DNA from: a virus
Taxonomy: Duplodnaviria > Caudoviricetes
Strand: one strand, 5' to 3'
DNA: 62,580 bases
Virus record (IMG/VR): IMGVR_UViG_3300025759_000093
Coordinates: 1 to 62,580 of that record
A program made the position numbers and the translations under genes. Below are positions 18,117 through 28,353 of the stretch, piece after piece (position 1 is the stretch's first letter; each line of letters starts with the position of its first letter). A model generated the notes under the pieces. That model was not told where the DNA came from and made no database searches. It saw nothing but the letters and a program-made list of their open reading frames with translations.

Positions 18117-18809
18117 CTACTTTGAAAAGTCTCCAAATGCACTAGTAACGCTAGCTCCAGTTGCTATTGAATCTGATATGCCAGCTATAGAAGCTGCTCT
18201 AGCCGCTTGTGCATCTTTAGAGTTTTGCTGTGCATTTTCCATTAAACCAGCAGCTCTATCCATTTTTAATTCATGAAAACCAATAGCATCTTGCTGTTCC
18301 ATAGCATCTCCTCTTGATCTAAGCTCATCTACTCTTTGAGCACCTTGAGCTTTAGCCATAGCTACATTAGCCTCACCTTGAGCAGCCATCTTTCTGTTCT
18401 GAGTTTCTTGAGCTTGTATACTCGCAGCTATACCTCTTTTACTTTGCAAAGCAGCTTGAGCCAATGCTGTTGCACCTCCAGCAGCTTGGCCTGTTTCCAT
18501 CATTACATCTAAACTATTAGCTAAAGCTTGATCAGCTTGTTCTGCTTCCATTTTAAAAGCTTCTGTAGCTACAGTTAAATTAGCATATGGATTATTTAAA
18601 TCTTTAAATTGATTTTGCATATTCTCATATGGATTTTTAAATTCAGGCCTACTAGCTTCAAGATCAGCTAGCATTTGTTCTTGTGTTGATGCTATATCGT
18701 CTTGCTTAAATCTTTCTTTTTTAGCTGCATTTGCGTTTATAGAAGCAGTAGTAACACCTGCTAGAGCTACTGCACCTCCTATTATGATTGAACCTACTAT
18801 AAAACTCAT
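18117..18809 (-). CDS. Putative internal virion (ejection) protein, T7 gp14-like position
   Basis: Gly/Ala-rich hydrophobic N-terminus, Ala/Gln-rich helical body. Confidence 0.7.
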   Translation of the reverse strand: MSFIVGSIIIGGAVALAGVTTASINANAAKKERFKQDDIASTQEQMLADLEASRPEFKNPYENMQNQFKDLNNPYANLTVATEAFKMEAEQADQALANSLDVMMETGQAAGGATALAQAALQSKRGIAASIQAQETQNRKMAAQGEANVAMAKAQGAQRVDELRSRGDAMEQQDAIGFHELKMDRAAGLMENAQQNSKDAQAARAASIAGISDSIATGASVTSAFGDFSK

Positions 18810-19396
18810 ATGTTTTCTTTTATTAAGTTAATTTGATCTAATGTTATTTCAGGATCTTTATAGTTATTAGCTATAACTTCCTTTTCAATATCTTCTATAT
18901 TAGTACTTTCAGTAGCATGAACAGTTACAAACTTACAACCTGTTTTAGAATAAATAATTCTTTGAGTACCAGGCTCTGTTATACCATAATGTGGTGCTAC
19001 CAAAGTTTCTATACCTTTATCTGTTAATACAAGCATCTCACCCTCCATTAAAAAGAAAGGATGTTTTTTCTTGTGTATTTTAGTTAACAATATTTGTCCA
19101 GCTGGATTATATATTTCTCTTATATAACAACCATCTGCAAACATGTGTTTAAGTGGGTTAAGCTTTTTAACTTCTTCACCTGTAATAAAATCAGGATTAC
19201 TATGTAATTTTTCACTTAGCTCTTCCATCTTAGCTCTATAGTGTTTCTTACGTTGAAGTTCTTTGCCTATCTCCCAAGCTTCTTCAAAGTCAAAAGCGTG
19301 TTTTAAACCTAATTCTTTTGTTTTTTCTACAAATTGTTTTTTAGCTTCTTCTTTTGTTATTGGATTATTTTTGATTTGATTATCTATTTCTTTCAT
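18806..19396 (-). CDS. Cupin-like protein
   Basis: HMFADGCYIREI...TKIHKKKH...GTQR beta-rich pattern; lies between the tail and ejection genes. Confidence 0.6.
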   Translation of the reverse strand: MKEIDNQIKNNPITKEEAKKQFVEKTKELGLKHAFDFEEAWEIGKELQRKKHYRAKMEELSEKLHSNPDFITGEEVKKLNPLKHMFADGCYIREIYNPAGQILLTKIHKKKHPFFLMEGEMLVLTDKGIETLVAPHYGITEPGTQRIIYSKTGCKFVTVHATESTNIEDIEKEVIANNYKDPEITLDQINLIKENI

Positions 19397-19397
19397 A

Positions 19398-21326
19398 TTA
19401 AACTGATGATACGCTATAGTTTACACCTATAGAGTAAAGTTCTTTCATACCGCCTGGATCTGTTGTTGTATCTGTACTGAATGTTACATCCATATAGAAA
19501 CCTTTTATACCTGTCATTTTATCTCCAAATATAACTTCACCAGCAGCCGCTGTACTTTTATTAACTAAGTTAGCTACATATCTATTTTCTTTTCTAGTAA
19601 AGCCAGCGTGTCCTAAAGGTTGATTTTGAGGATTAGCATTTATACCAGTGTTACCTAAAGAGTCGTAAGCTCCTTCTAAGTAGCTATATATAGGATCACC
19701 TGAATCTCTACTTTTTACCCAGTCACCAGTCCATGTTCCTGTTAAAGTTCTTTTATCGTCAAAACCTGTTCTATCAGAAGTTAGTATACTTGCTTGCCAT
19801 CCATTATCTCCTTCATAGTCTACAGTTAAAAAGTTTTTCTGAAGTGAAGGTATTGAGTTAGCTATTATACTTACCTCAGCTTTATTGTTGATGCCGTAAA
19901 ATTGACTATGAGGTACGGCTGTGGAGTAGTGAGAATACATACCTGGTCTTATTAAAGTTGTATTATCATTCCACCAGTCTGAGTTTACAGTATAAAAAGT
20001 ACTTTTTAAACTACCAATTTGGCTTGGTTTATAAGTATAAAAACTAGGCCAACCAGATACTTGTTCATCAAAACCTAATGTAGCATATTTTACAGATCTT
20101 TTAGGTATAGTTTGTTGAGCTAAAGTTGTTGACTGAGTATAAGTAAAAGACTCATTAGGTTGTATAGAAACTACATACTGTTTGTTATACGCATCCCAAC
20201 CACCATATACTCTACTTCTGTTGAATGTTACAAGTTTAATACTTGTGATATTGTTTTGCTCAGCAGGTGTTATTGTTTTATTTAAAACTATAAAGTTATT
20301 ACCTGATAAATATTGTATTCCTTGAAAGTAAATATTTAAGTCTACATAATCACCAGTGTTGTTATACTGCACAAGTATTTTACTACCCATTACACCATAC
20401 TGAAAAGAATATCCAGCGTTACCTGTGTTAGGAACAGTGTTTGCATATCCTATCAAGTTTTGGTTATAATTAGCAGGGGCGCTAGTACCTACGCCAGGTA
20501 TAGTAGTTTGTGTAAATTCAAACTCATCTGTTAGCTCTGCAAACGAGTCTCTAAAATAATCACGCATACCATATTCTGATATTTCAGTTATGCCATCATG
20601 TGATAATCTTAACACTGCGTTTCTATTTCTATCAACAAAGTATTTTCTAAAAGCATATATAGCAAAAGACTCTGGGTTTTTACTTATACCATACTCACCT
20701 GTGTAAGGAACTATCTCACCTATAACTTGATTTGTTGTAGTAACATTACCTCCACCTTCAGCGTTATATATAGCAGATTTATCTATCAAAGCTCTACTAC
20801 ATTTATTTTCTTGTAGTACTATTAAGTTGTTTTCTTCAGCATATATCTTTTGTATAGATCCATATTGAGGATTAGCAGCTTTAGTTATGTTAGTTCCAAC
20901 AGCATATTCATTAGTTCTATTAATACCAGTTCTAGAATTATATATACCTGAATATATTAAAGCATTAAATCTATGTTGCTGTAAAGGTTCTTCTTCGTCT
21001 AGATAAGCTCTAACACCATAAGACATAGAAGCATCGTTAAAACCGCCTCTAAGATACATCTCTTCTATATAGAAGTTTTCTTTTACTCTAGATGCATTAA
21101 TATTAGTACCATTAAAAGGAGGTATTAAAGCTGCTACATATGAAACGCTCATTGGATTAGCATAAACATCGTTCATTGGCCAAGTACCATAACGAGCAGC
21201 AACACCGGTACTACCAGGCACAGTAACATTTCCAGTTTGCATCGAACCTTGTGGAGTTAAAATTCTTTTATTCCACATGCAATTGTAGTAGTCTACTTCT
21301 ATTATAGGTAAATTTACTGCACTCAT
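19398..21326 (-). CDS. Tail tubular/nozzle (stabilisation) protein, C-terminal part
   Basis: GISKNPESFA..YFVD..RNAVLRLS.DG and W.SFY motifs resemble crAss-like tail stabilisation proteins. Confidence 0.7.
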   Translation of the reverse strand: MSAVNLPIIEVDYYNCMWNKRILTPQGSMQTGNVTVPGSTGVAARYGTWPMNDVYANPMSVSYVAALIPPFNGTNINASRVKENFYIEEMYLRGGFNDASMSYGVRAYLDEEEPLQQHRFNALIYSGIYNSRTGINRTNEYAVGTNITKAANPQYGSIQKIYAEENNLIVLQENKCSRALIDKSAIYNAEGGGNVTTTNQVIGEIVPYTGEYGISKNPESFAIYAFRKYFVDRNRNAVLRLSHDGITEISEYGMRDYFRDSFAELTDEFEFTQTTIPGVGTSAPANYNQNLIGYANTVPNTGNAGYSFQYGVMGSKILVQYNNTGDYVDLNIYFQGIQYLSGNNFIVLNKTITPAEQNNITSIKLVTFNRSRVYGGWDAYNKQYVVSIQPNESFTYTQSTTLAQQTIPKRSVKYATLGFDEQVSGWPSFYTYKPSQIGSLKSTFYTVNSDWWNDNTTLIRPGMYSHYSTAVPHSQFYGINNKAEVSIIANSIPSLQKNFLTVDYEGDNGWQASILTSDRTGFDDKRTLTGTWTGDWVKSRDSGDPIYSYLEGAYDSLGNTGINANPQNQPLGHAGFTRKENRYVANLVNKSTAAAGEVIFGDKMTGIKGFYMDVTFSTDTTTDPGGMKELYSIGVNYSVSSV

Positions 21327-21358
21327 ATTATAATCACTTGTTTTTTAATCTGTTTTAC
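21327..21358 (-). promoter_or_regulatory. Class II (late) promoter motif
   Basis: GTAAA-N16-GTGATTATAAT directly followed by ATG. Confidence 0.65.
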
Positions 21359-24300
21359 GTTGGTAAAAATCTTATTACAAACTCTGATATAACTTTTGTA
21401 ATACCAAAGCCATTGTTATCTGTAACATCAATTCTAACATCTATATTGCTATCTACTATTATACTTCTTCCAGTAACACCTAGCAACACTTCACCTGGTA
21501 AAAGGCCTTGATCGTCTAAATATAAACCTGATTGTTCAACAGTATTAGCTTCTACATATTCTGTAGCGCCATCAAACTTTATTAATAATCTATATTTAAG
21601 CTCATTAGTGTTTGCATTTTGAAAAGTATTATTAACATTACCTCCATTAGTAGCAGCACTTAACGTTGTACTGTCTCCATTAGTGTTTGTCCATGTTTTT
21701 ACAACAGTACCATTAGACTCGTATGCAGTTGGATCTACTTCATTAGTATTATTTTTCAAATAATAAACGCCGCCACTTACACTAGCTCCATTTATTTGTG
21801 GTGCTACATTATTTATAAACAATTTAAAAGGTATAGAATATGTATTATATACATCTTTGTTAACTCCTTTAGCAGAGTTTAATACTTTGTATTCTAAATT
21901 TACATTAAATAATATATTATTAACATCATCATACTGGCTATTATAACCTGGAAAAGTTTCTGATAGTTTTATTAAAAATCTATTATTAGTGTCTGTACTT
22001 GAGAACTTTTCAAAAGATATACCTCCTCCAGCAACTGTAGTTCCATCAGAATATACAGGTTCTGATATACTTATATTTCTAATATTAATTTGTGCACTGC
22101 TAGAATCGTAATATTTTAATAAATTACCGTTTTGATCTCTCAGTTGTACAGTGGCAACTGTAGGATTAGAGCTATAACCAATGCTTTCTTGCACTATATA
22201 CCTTTGTTGAGCTGTAGTACTACCGTAAATATTAGAATAAGTAGGTATACTAATAATTTCTCTTACAAATTGATTTAGTTCTTTTATTGACCCAGCAGTA
22301 CTAGTTTCATAATATATTTCTAAATTAGAAACAGTAGGTGAAGTTTCATAGATAGCCGGTACAGCTGTTTTTTCAGAAGTTGGTTTAGCTGTTTCTGAGT
22401 CTTCCCCTAGCTTAAAATTATTATCTATTATTGCTGTTGGTGGGTCTGTATCTGCAGCGTATAAACCATTATAACTACCTCTCTTAAATAAGTTTTCAAA
22501 ATTACCTATAGTCTGCACTTTAGAAAATTGTTTGCCAGGGAATATAGGCATTGTATGATCGTTAGTGGTATAAAAAGGACTATTAGCTGTAGCTGTCCAA
22601 TCAGTTTGTCTAGCAGTTCTAGGTATTAACATGCTATCACTAGTAGAATAGTTTACTTGAACTGGTGAAGTTTCATTTAAAGCAGGTGGCACTTTATTAG
22701 CATTATCAGTTAATAATGTGGAAGTATTCAAAACTCCGTCACTTGATTGAGTACTAAAGTTTGTTTGCCTATTTTCTATATTACCAGAAGTAAGAATAAA
22801 ATCTATCTGAGGATAACCACTAGCTCCTGCGCTAGCCACTACAGCTGGTATAAATAACTTGTCTCCATTTTTATAATTAACACCATTAGAGGTTAATGTA
22901 ATAGTTAGTTCTTTCGTTCCTCCAACTGTTTTAACTTGCGCTGTTACTATAGCACCACTACCATTACCACCATCTGTAGCATTATTTTGTACAGCAATAC
23001 TTGTTACAGCAGTACCAGCAGTCATATCAGCTTGCACCGGTTGAAAATAACCAAAGCTTAAAGTTTTTAGAGGAGCAGGTTGAGCAGTATAATCCGCAGT
23101 AGCTGGAGCTGTTATTTCAAACTCTTTGTAATTTAATATATTGTTTATATAATAAGTATTAGCACCTGCAACAACCTTCATGCCTTCTAGTAGAGGAAAA
23201 GTTAAATACTCTATATCACCTATAGGATCTACTGTAACTTTGTTACTATCTTTTTCAAATGTACAGTTTAATTTAAAAGGCTTGATAACAGGTGTGCCAT
23301 CTAACAAGCTAGGCATATATACATTATAATAATCTTGCTGCAATTGTTTTACAACAACTTTATATGAGCTCCATCCTAGTGGATTACTAAAAAAGCTAAA
23401 AGTCATTTTAATTCCTCTATTTTGAACTCTGTAATTAGGTAGCTCAGTTACTATAGCACCTTTCCCATCAAGACCAATTAAAGTAACTAGATTACCTTGA
23501 GTAGAAGAACCATTTAAAACTCTATAAACATAAAAAGTAAAAGATTTACCTGGAAACTCAGGAGAATCGTCTGCGAAAGTATATTCAACTTTCATACCAG
23601 GTTGTATATTGTCATTTAATCCACCAGTTGGAACTATAGCATAAAATTGAGAATTGGTAGATATATTTGCAGAAACTGTTGTTATAATGGGATCATCGTA
23701 CAAGCCTGGATAGCCCTGGACTAGCGGTAACGATCCAGGTATAGTTTGTGTAAATAAAAGTTTTAATGAATCACCTGGCCAGTCTATTATACCAGCTCTA
23801 GTTTCTGGCACTGAAGCAGCCTGTGCTGGTAACAAAACAGACTCTCTATACGGGTGAAAGACAGTAGAGCCGCCATACGTAGCAGGTTGAGTTTTGTAAG
23901 GAACACCTGCTCCTGAAGAAGTTGGACTGTTTATTTGAAAACTATCTTCTTCTATGTTAGATATTATTACATCTGAAGATCTTCCATATCTATCTTGCAA
24001 TATTAAACCAACTTGATAAGTTCTATTTTGTTTTAAGCTGTGGTTAGGATATGCTACGTAGCTGTTTTTGTTAAATGTTTTAGGTCGTAAACTAAAATTA
24101 TCTTTACTATTAAATGGAATAACTGGTGCTTCACTTGGCTTTAATTTAGGGCTAGCTCCAACATAATAATTTAAATTTCCAGGAGAACTATGCCTATCGT
24201 AGAAGTTACCTAGTATTAATCTATTACCAGAAGAAGATAAAGTTTTAGCTCTTACTGGTGCATTATCATAAACTCTAGTAGTCTCTTGCGATCTTAAAGT

Positions 24301-26289
24301 TTTTATAGGTTCTTTTGACTCGTATGTATAAGTCAAGAAATTAGTACTATTAGTTGCTATTGAAGCTTCACTAACTTTAATTTTTTCTACTATGTTTATA
24401 TTGCTAGACATAGACTCTTTATAAAGTATTTCTATTTCAGATACTTTTAAATTATCTACTAACGTGTTAATAGGATATTCACAAGGTATTCTTAAGCCAA
24501 CTTGAGTAACGTCATTTTCCATTATCTCATTGTTTATGGTAGTCTGACCAGCTTTAGCTACTTGATCTATATAATTATTTGAACCTGATTTTGATTTTTC
24601 GCTATCTATTTCTTTTGTAAAATAACCACCTTGTTTAGGTATAAAAACCTCTTGAGTAAATGGAGATATTAAAGAATGTTGACCATCATCATATTTAAAT
24701 CTATATGCAAATCTTACAAACTTATCTTCTAAAAAAGCGCTATCACCTATAAACTCAGCATTATAATATTTGTTAGGCCAATGTATAGTAAGCACATCAT
24801 CTGGCTGTACAAGATCAGAAGCATTAGTAATAGGACTTATAGTACCGTTTTCAAATGATGTTAATTCAGCAATTAAAAAATATCTACCAGTAGTGTTTGG
24901 TTGAGGATTACCCGCCATGTGTACTATGTAGTATTTGTTTGGATCTAACCTAGGATGTGTAACTCTGCAATAAAGATTAGCAGCATCTCCAGTATTTTTA
25001 GTTAGCTTTCCTGGTATCATACGAGCAGGATAATTTGAACCAGTATTAGTAGTCGTAGGGTATTGCAAGTAATTATAAGGCGATCTACTACCATATTCAA
25101 ATATAGATCTTGAATATCCATAGTTGTTTGCTGTAGTGTCTGTATAGTAAACATTACCTGAGGTAGTAGCAGCAGCGTGTACAGTAAGTTTAGTTTGACC
25201 TTCTTTTAACCAAGGAGAAGAAACGTTTTTAGATGTAGGACAGTTAAAACCTACTACAACACTAGGAGTTATATATGAACCTGTAGTAATAGTAGTAAAA
25301 GGTGTTAAGTCTCTATCTGGAAATACCATGAAGCAGCCTAAAAAATCTTGTGGAAAAGTATAACTTCCGGTTGTTGGAGTTTCATAGACGTACGCTACTT
25401 TGAAAGTAATAACATCGCCTGGGTATGAGCCACTTGTTGCTATCATCCAACCATCTAGACCAATGTTGTTTCTTAAAATATCTTTTTGAGACTCTGTTAA
25501 ATACTCATTTGTTCCTGCTAGATTTGAACTAGCCTGAATTAATATTGGAGTATACAAAGCATCAAACTGCGTATCACCCAAAGTTCTAGCTTGAGTTGCT
25601 CCTATAATAGTCGTTTTTAAACTAAATGTTTCTGAAAGTTCTATTGGCTTGTGAGGGTAATACTTAGCGACAGAAACGTGATCTTCATGTGAATAATATG
25701 TATTATTATTTTCAGCAGTAACTACGTTTATTACTCTAGGTTGATTTCTATTATCAGTCCAGAATAATAAATCTTCTATCATTACTGTATCTAGTATAGG
25801 GCTGTTAATTGAAAAATTTAAAAACCTACCTCTTACTATTATTATAGTGTTCTTGGTAACAGTATCTACCATTATTATTCTACTTTGGTCGTATCTGTTT
25901 GGAGGAAAGTCTGCCGTTATAGGTTGAAAGTTTGATATTTGATCATCAGAACTATCTTGCCAGTTAGTAATAAATAAATAAACCTTATTTGTTTTTTCAT
26001 TTATATGCCAACCAATACATCTTGAAGTATAATTATCGTAACTAGTTAAATTTGATCTGTTGAGTGGTGGAACTGTAGGATTATTGTTTTCTACAGGTAT
26101 TATGTTAATACCTAAACTACTTAAAACTTCATTACCTAGTATATTTTCTAGAGCACCAACGTCATCTGCTTCAGATCTTGATACAGCAATATTTTTACCG
26201 TCTCTGTATTCGTCAGCACCCAATAGCCTAGCATCTAAGTCTTTATTCATTTTAGACTTAGTAAATGTATGTTGAAACTTTTTTTGCAT
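21355..26289 (-). CDS. Large tail structural (stabilisation/nozzle) protein, N-terminal part
   Basis: MNKDLDARL, LLFWTD..NQPR.IN, RFAYRFKY.DG and NRL..GN motifs; beta-rich. Confidence 0.7.
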   Translation of the reverse strand: MQKKFQHTFTKSKMNKDLDARLLGADEYRDGKNIAVSRSEADDVGALENILGNEVLSSLGINIIPVENNNPTVPPLNRSNLTSYDNYTSRCIGWHINEKTNKVYLFITNWQDSSDDQISNFQPITADFPPNRYDQSRIIMVDTVTKNTIIIVRGRFLNFSINSPILDTVMIEDLLFWTDNRNQPRVINVVTAENNNTYYSHEDHVSVAKYYPHKPIELSETFSLKTTIIGATQARTLGDTQFDALYTPILIQASSNLAGTNEYLTESQKDILRNNIGLDGWMIATSGSYPGDVITFKVAYVYETPTTGSYTFPQDFLGCFMVFPDRDLTPFTTITTGSYITPSVVVGFNCPTSKNVSSPWLKEGQTKLTVHAAATTSGNVYYTDTTANNYGYSRSIFEYGSRSPYNYLQYPTTTNTGSNYPARMIPGKLTKNTGDAANLYCRVTHPRLDPNKYYIVHMAGNPQPNTTGRYFLIAELTSFENGTISPITNASDLVQPDDVLTIHWPNKYYNAEFIGDSAFLEDKFVRFAYRFKYDDGQHSLISPFTQEVFIPKQGGYFTKEIDSEKSKSGSNNYIDQVAKAGQTTINNEIMENDVTQVGLRIPCEYPINTLVDNLKVSEIEILYKESMSSNINIVEKIKVSEASIATNSTNFLTYTYESKEPIKTLRSQETTRVYDNAPVRAKTLSSSGNRLILGNFYDRHSSPGNLNYYVGASPKLKPSEAPVIPFNSKDNFSLRPKTFNKNSYVAYPNHSLKQNRTYQVGLILQDRYGRSSDVIISNIEEDSFQINSPTSSGAGVPYKTQPATYGGSTVFHPYRESVLLPAQAASVPETRAGIIDWPGDSLKLLFTQTIPGSLPLVQGYPGLYDDPIITTVSANISTNSQFYAIVPTGGLNDNIQPGMKVEYTFADDSPEFPGKSFTFYVYRVLNGSSTQGNLVTLIGLDGKGAIVTELPNYRVQNRGIKMTFSFFSNPLGWSSYKVVVKQLQQDYYNVYMPSLLDGTPVIKPFKLNCTFEKDSNKVTVDPIGDIEYLTFPLLEGMKVVAGANTYYINNILNYKEFEITAPATADYTAQPAPLKTLSFGYFQPVQADMTAGTAVTSIAVQNNATDGGNGSGAIVTAQVKTVGGTKELTITLTSNGVNYKNGDKLFIPAVVASAGASGYPQIDFILTSGNIENRQTNFSTQSSDGVLNTSTLLTDNANKVPPALNETSPVQVNYSTSDSMLIPRTARQTDWTATANSPFYTTNDHTMPIFPGKQFSKVQTIGNFENLFKRGSYNGLYAADTDPPTAIIDNNFKLGEDSETAKPTSEKTAVPAIYETSPTVSNLEIYYETSTAGSIKELNQFVREIISIPTYSNIYGSTTAQQRYIVQESIGYSSNPTVATVQLRDQNGNLLKYYDSSSAQINIRNISISEPVYSDGTTVAGGGISFEKFSSTDTNNRFLIKLSETFPGYNSQYDDVNNILFNVNLEYKVLNSAKGVNKDVYNTYSIPFKLFINNVAPQINGASVSGGVYYLKNNTNEVDPTAYESNGTVVKTWTNTNGDSTTLSAATNGGNVNNTFQNANTNELKYRLLIKFDGATEYVEANTVEQSGLYLDDQGLLPGEVLLGVTGRSIIVDSNIDVRIDVTDNNGFGITKVISEFVIRFLPT

Positions 26290-26293
26290 TTAA

Positions 26294-27520
26294 TTAGTGT
26301 TTAAGCCACTTTGATTGTCCTCTAAAAGTCTGAACTATCTCATCAAGCTTTAAGTTTTGTATTCTTAACTTTGCGTTTCTTGTTTTAACATAAGAGTCTC
26401 TCTTAAAAAATCCTTTAGTTGCGCCGTCAATATCTCTTCTAGTCATACATACTCTGTTTAGTATCTGAGCATATAAGGCTTCTTCTACCATTTTAGGTAC
26501 TATAGAGTTTAGCGTGTAAGAAAGACCGTCAGAGATGTAGCTTAATTGTATTACTTTATTTACCAAATTGCTACTAAAACTAAACTTACCTGTTCTTTCA
26601 TTTATACTAAACCAACCGTTAGTCTGCGATACCTCAGGATCCAAACCGTATCTTTGACCATAAGCCTGCTTCCACCATACGTAATCAAATACACCTGCAG
26701 CGCTATAAGCATCGTAGTTTCCTACTAAATCGTCTTGATTAGCTTTTTTCCACCTATCTTCTATTATAGATTGTGAAGCGTCTAAGTTAGTGTCGTAGCT
26801 ACTTTGTGAGGGTATACCTGTAGCTCCATCAGTTATGGGAAGCTCGTAAGGATTACCGCTAAGACCACTTAGTGGATATATAGTATGAAGAACACCTGAC
26901 GTATCTGCCCAAGCTACTCTTGTATAGTTAACATAGTCTTTAGGTATTGGAACACTTAAACCTGTAGGAACTGTTAACTCTTGAGACTTATAAGCTTTTA
27001 AAGTGTCATAAGATAATTCTTGCATTGCTCTTCTAGCATGAAACAAAACTTGTTTTCTTTGCAAGCTTTTTATCATTTGATCATCACCAACGTATATATT
27101 TAAAAAATTATCTATTACTTCGTTTAAAGTTAAATAACTATAACTACCCCAGTTATCTCCTCTAGCTATATCAGTTAGTTGTAAAAATATAAACGCCTGA
27201 TTAGGTATAGTTGATCCAACTACATCTTTTAATTCAACTGTATTATTTGTAGTGTTTGTGACTACTATATTTTCAACAGGTATTTGATTACTTGCGCTAG
27301 GTATAGTGGTCGATGTAGCTAATAAATGTAAGGTAAAATTACCCGTGTCTCTAACTTGCCTAGCAAAAGTATCATAATTGCTAATTAATACAGTGTTTAA
27401 ATCTGGAAAACTCCAAATATATTTATTTCCACCAGTAAGGTTTTGTATTGGTCCATATTGCCCTGCATAATATTGTGCGTCATTTTCTGTTATTGGGATT
27501 GTAGCGGATGTCTTAGTCAT
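26294..27520 (-). CDS. Tail ring/tubular structural protein
   Basis: Position between head and tail genes; RAMQELSYD, PKDYVNY and YISDG motifs. Confidence 0.65.
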   Translation of the reverse strand: MTKTSATIPITENDAQYYAGQYGPIQNLTGGNKYIWSFPDLNTVLISNYDTFARQVRDTGNFTLHLLATSTTIPSASNQIPVENIVVTNTTNNTVELKDVVGSTIPNQAFIFLQLTDIARGDNWGSYSYLTLNEVIDNFLNIYVGDDQMIKSLQRKQVLFHARRAMQELSYDTLKAYKSQELTVPTGLSVPIPKDYVNYTRVAWADTSGVLHTIYPLSGLSGNPYELPITDGATGIPSQSSYDTNLDASQSIIEDRWKKANQDDLVGNYDAYSAAGVFDYVWWKQAYGQRYGLDPEVSQTNGWFSINERTGKFSFSSNLVNKVIQLSYISDGLSYTLNSIVPKMVEEALYAQILNRVCMTRRDIDGATKGFFKRDSYVKTRNAKLRIQNLKLDEIVQTFRGQSKWLKH

Positions 27521-27523
27521 GTG

Positions 27524-28282
27524 TTAGCTTTTTTCATTTACATCTTGCTGATTAGAAAGACCAGCGGCTGTTTGTACTATTTCTGGATCTCTTATTATAA
27601 CACCAGCATACATTAATATTTTTGTAATAAGTTCTGTTTGATCTACGTCTGATATTTCAAAGTCCTTACTAACACCATTAGCTACTGGGTCAAATATATA
27701 TTGACCTACACTTCCGACAGTATAATTCCAAACAGGATCAATTGGCTTTTTAACATACTCTAATGTGTAAGTTTTAGCAGGACTACCATTAGCTCCAGCT
27801 GCTACTTTAGCTATAGCAGGTAATATTTTTATAGTTGTTCCCTCTATATAGCATATAGGATAATCTTCAGTGGGAGTTGTCAATGGTGAACGTCTATACG
27901 AAAGAAAATCGTGACGTGTAACTTTTTCTACTTCAACAGGTAGGTTTGAACCATTAGTATATTCTAACATGCCAAATCTATGAACAGCAGGGTTTTGAGC
28001 ACTAAAATCATAGCTGCCAAGATTATTTACGACTGTAACGTTGACATCTGCTGATGTTTCAAAAGTAGCTATTTTTTCTCTAAGAAGTTTAACACGGTCA
28101 GCGTACTCTGTAGTTTCTTGTGGTACTCTTAGCATTTGATTTAAATCTTCAAAGTAACTTTCAAATATCTCTAATTGTACTTGTCTACCTAGAGTGTTAA
28201 ATTCATAAGGCGTTAAGTAACCTCTTTGCTCTTTATTAAGAATACTTAATACAGTTGTATATACCGTGTTTACGTCTATCAT
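27524..28282 (-). CDS. Tail adaptor/ring structural protein
   Basis: ILNKEQRGYLTP.EFN and Y.KKP..P.W motifs; synteny. Confidence 0.65.
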   Translation of the reverse strand: MIDVNTVYTTVLSILNKEQRGYLTPYEFNTLGRQVQLEIFESYFEDLNQMLRVPQETTEYADRVKLLREKIATFETSADVNVTVVNNLGSYDFSAQNPAVHRFGMLEYTNGSNLPVEVEKVTRHDFLSYRRSPLTTPTEDYPICYIEGTTIKILPAIAKVAAGANGSPAKTYTLEYVKKPIDPVWNYTVGSVGQYIFDPVANGVSKDFEISDVDQTELITKILMYAGVIIRDPEIVQTAAGLSNQQDVNEKS

Positions 28283-28293
28283 AGTGTATGTTT

Positions 28294-28320
28294 AAAAAAA
28301 AGGGTGGCGTATACCACCCT
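28294..28320 (-). terminator. Intrinsic terminator
   Basis: Minus strand AGGGTGG-tatacg-CCACCCT followed by a T tract. Confidence 0.7.
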
Positions 28321-28322
28321 AT

Positions 28323-28353
28323 ATTATAATCACTTGTTATTTTAGTTTTTTAT
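28323..28353 (-). promoter_or_regulatory. Class II (late) promoter motif
   Basis: ATAAA-N15-GTGATTATAAT. Confidence 0.55.
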
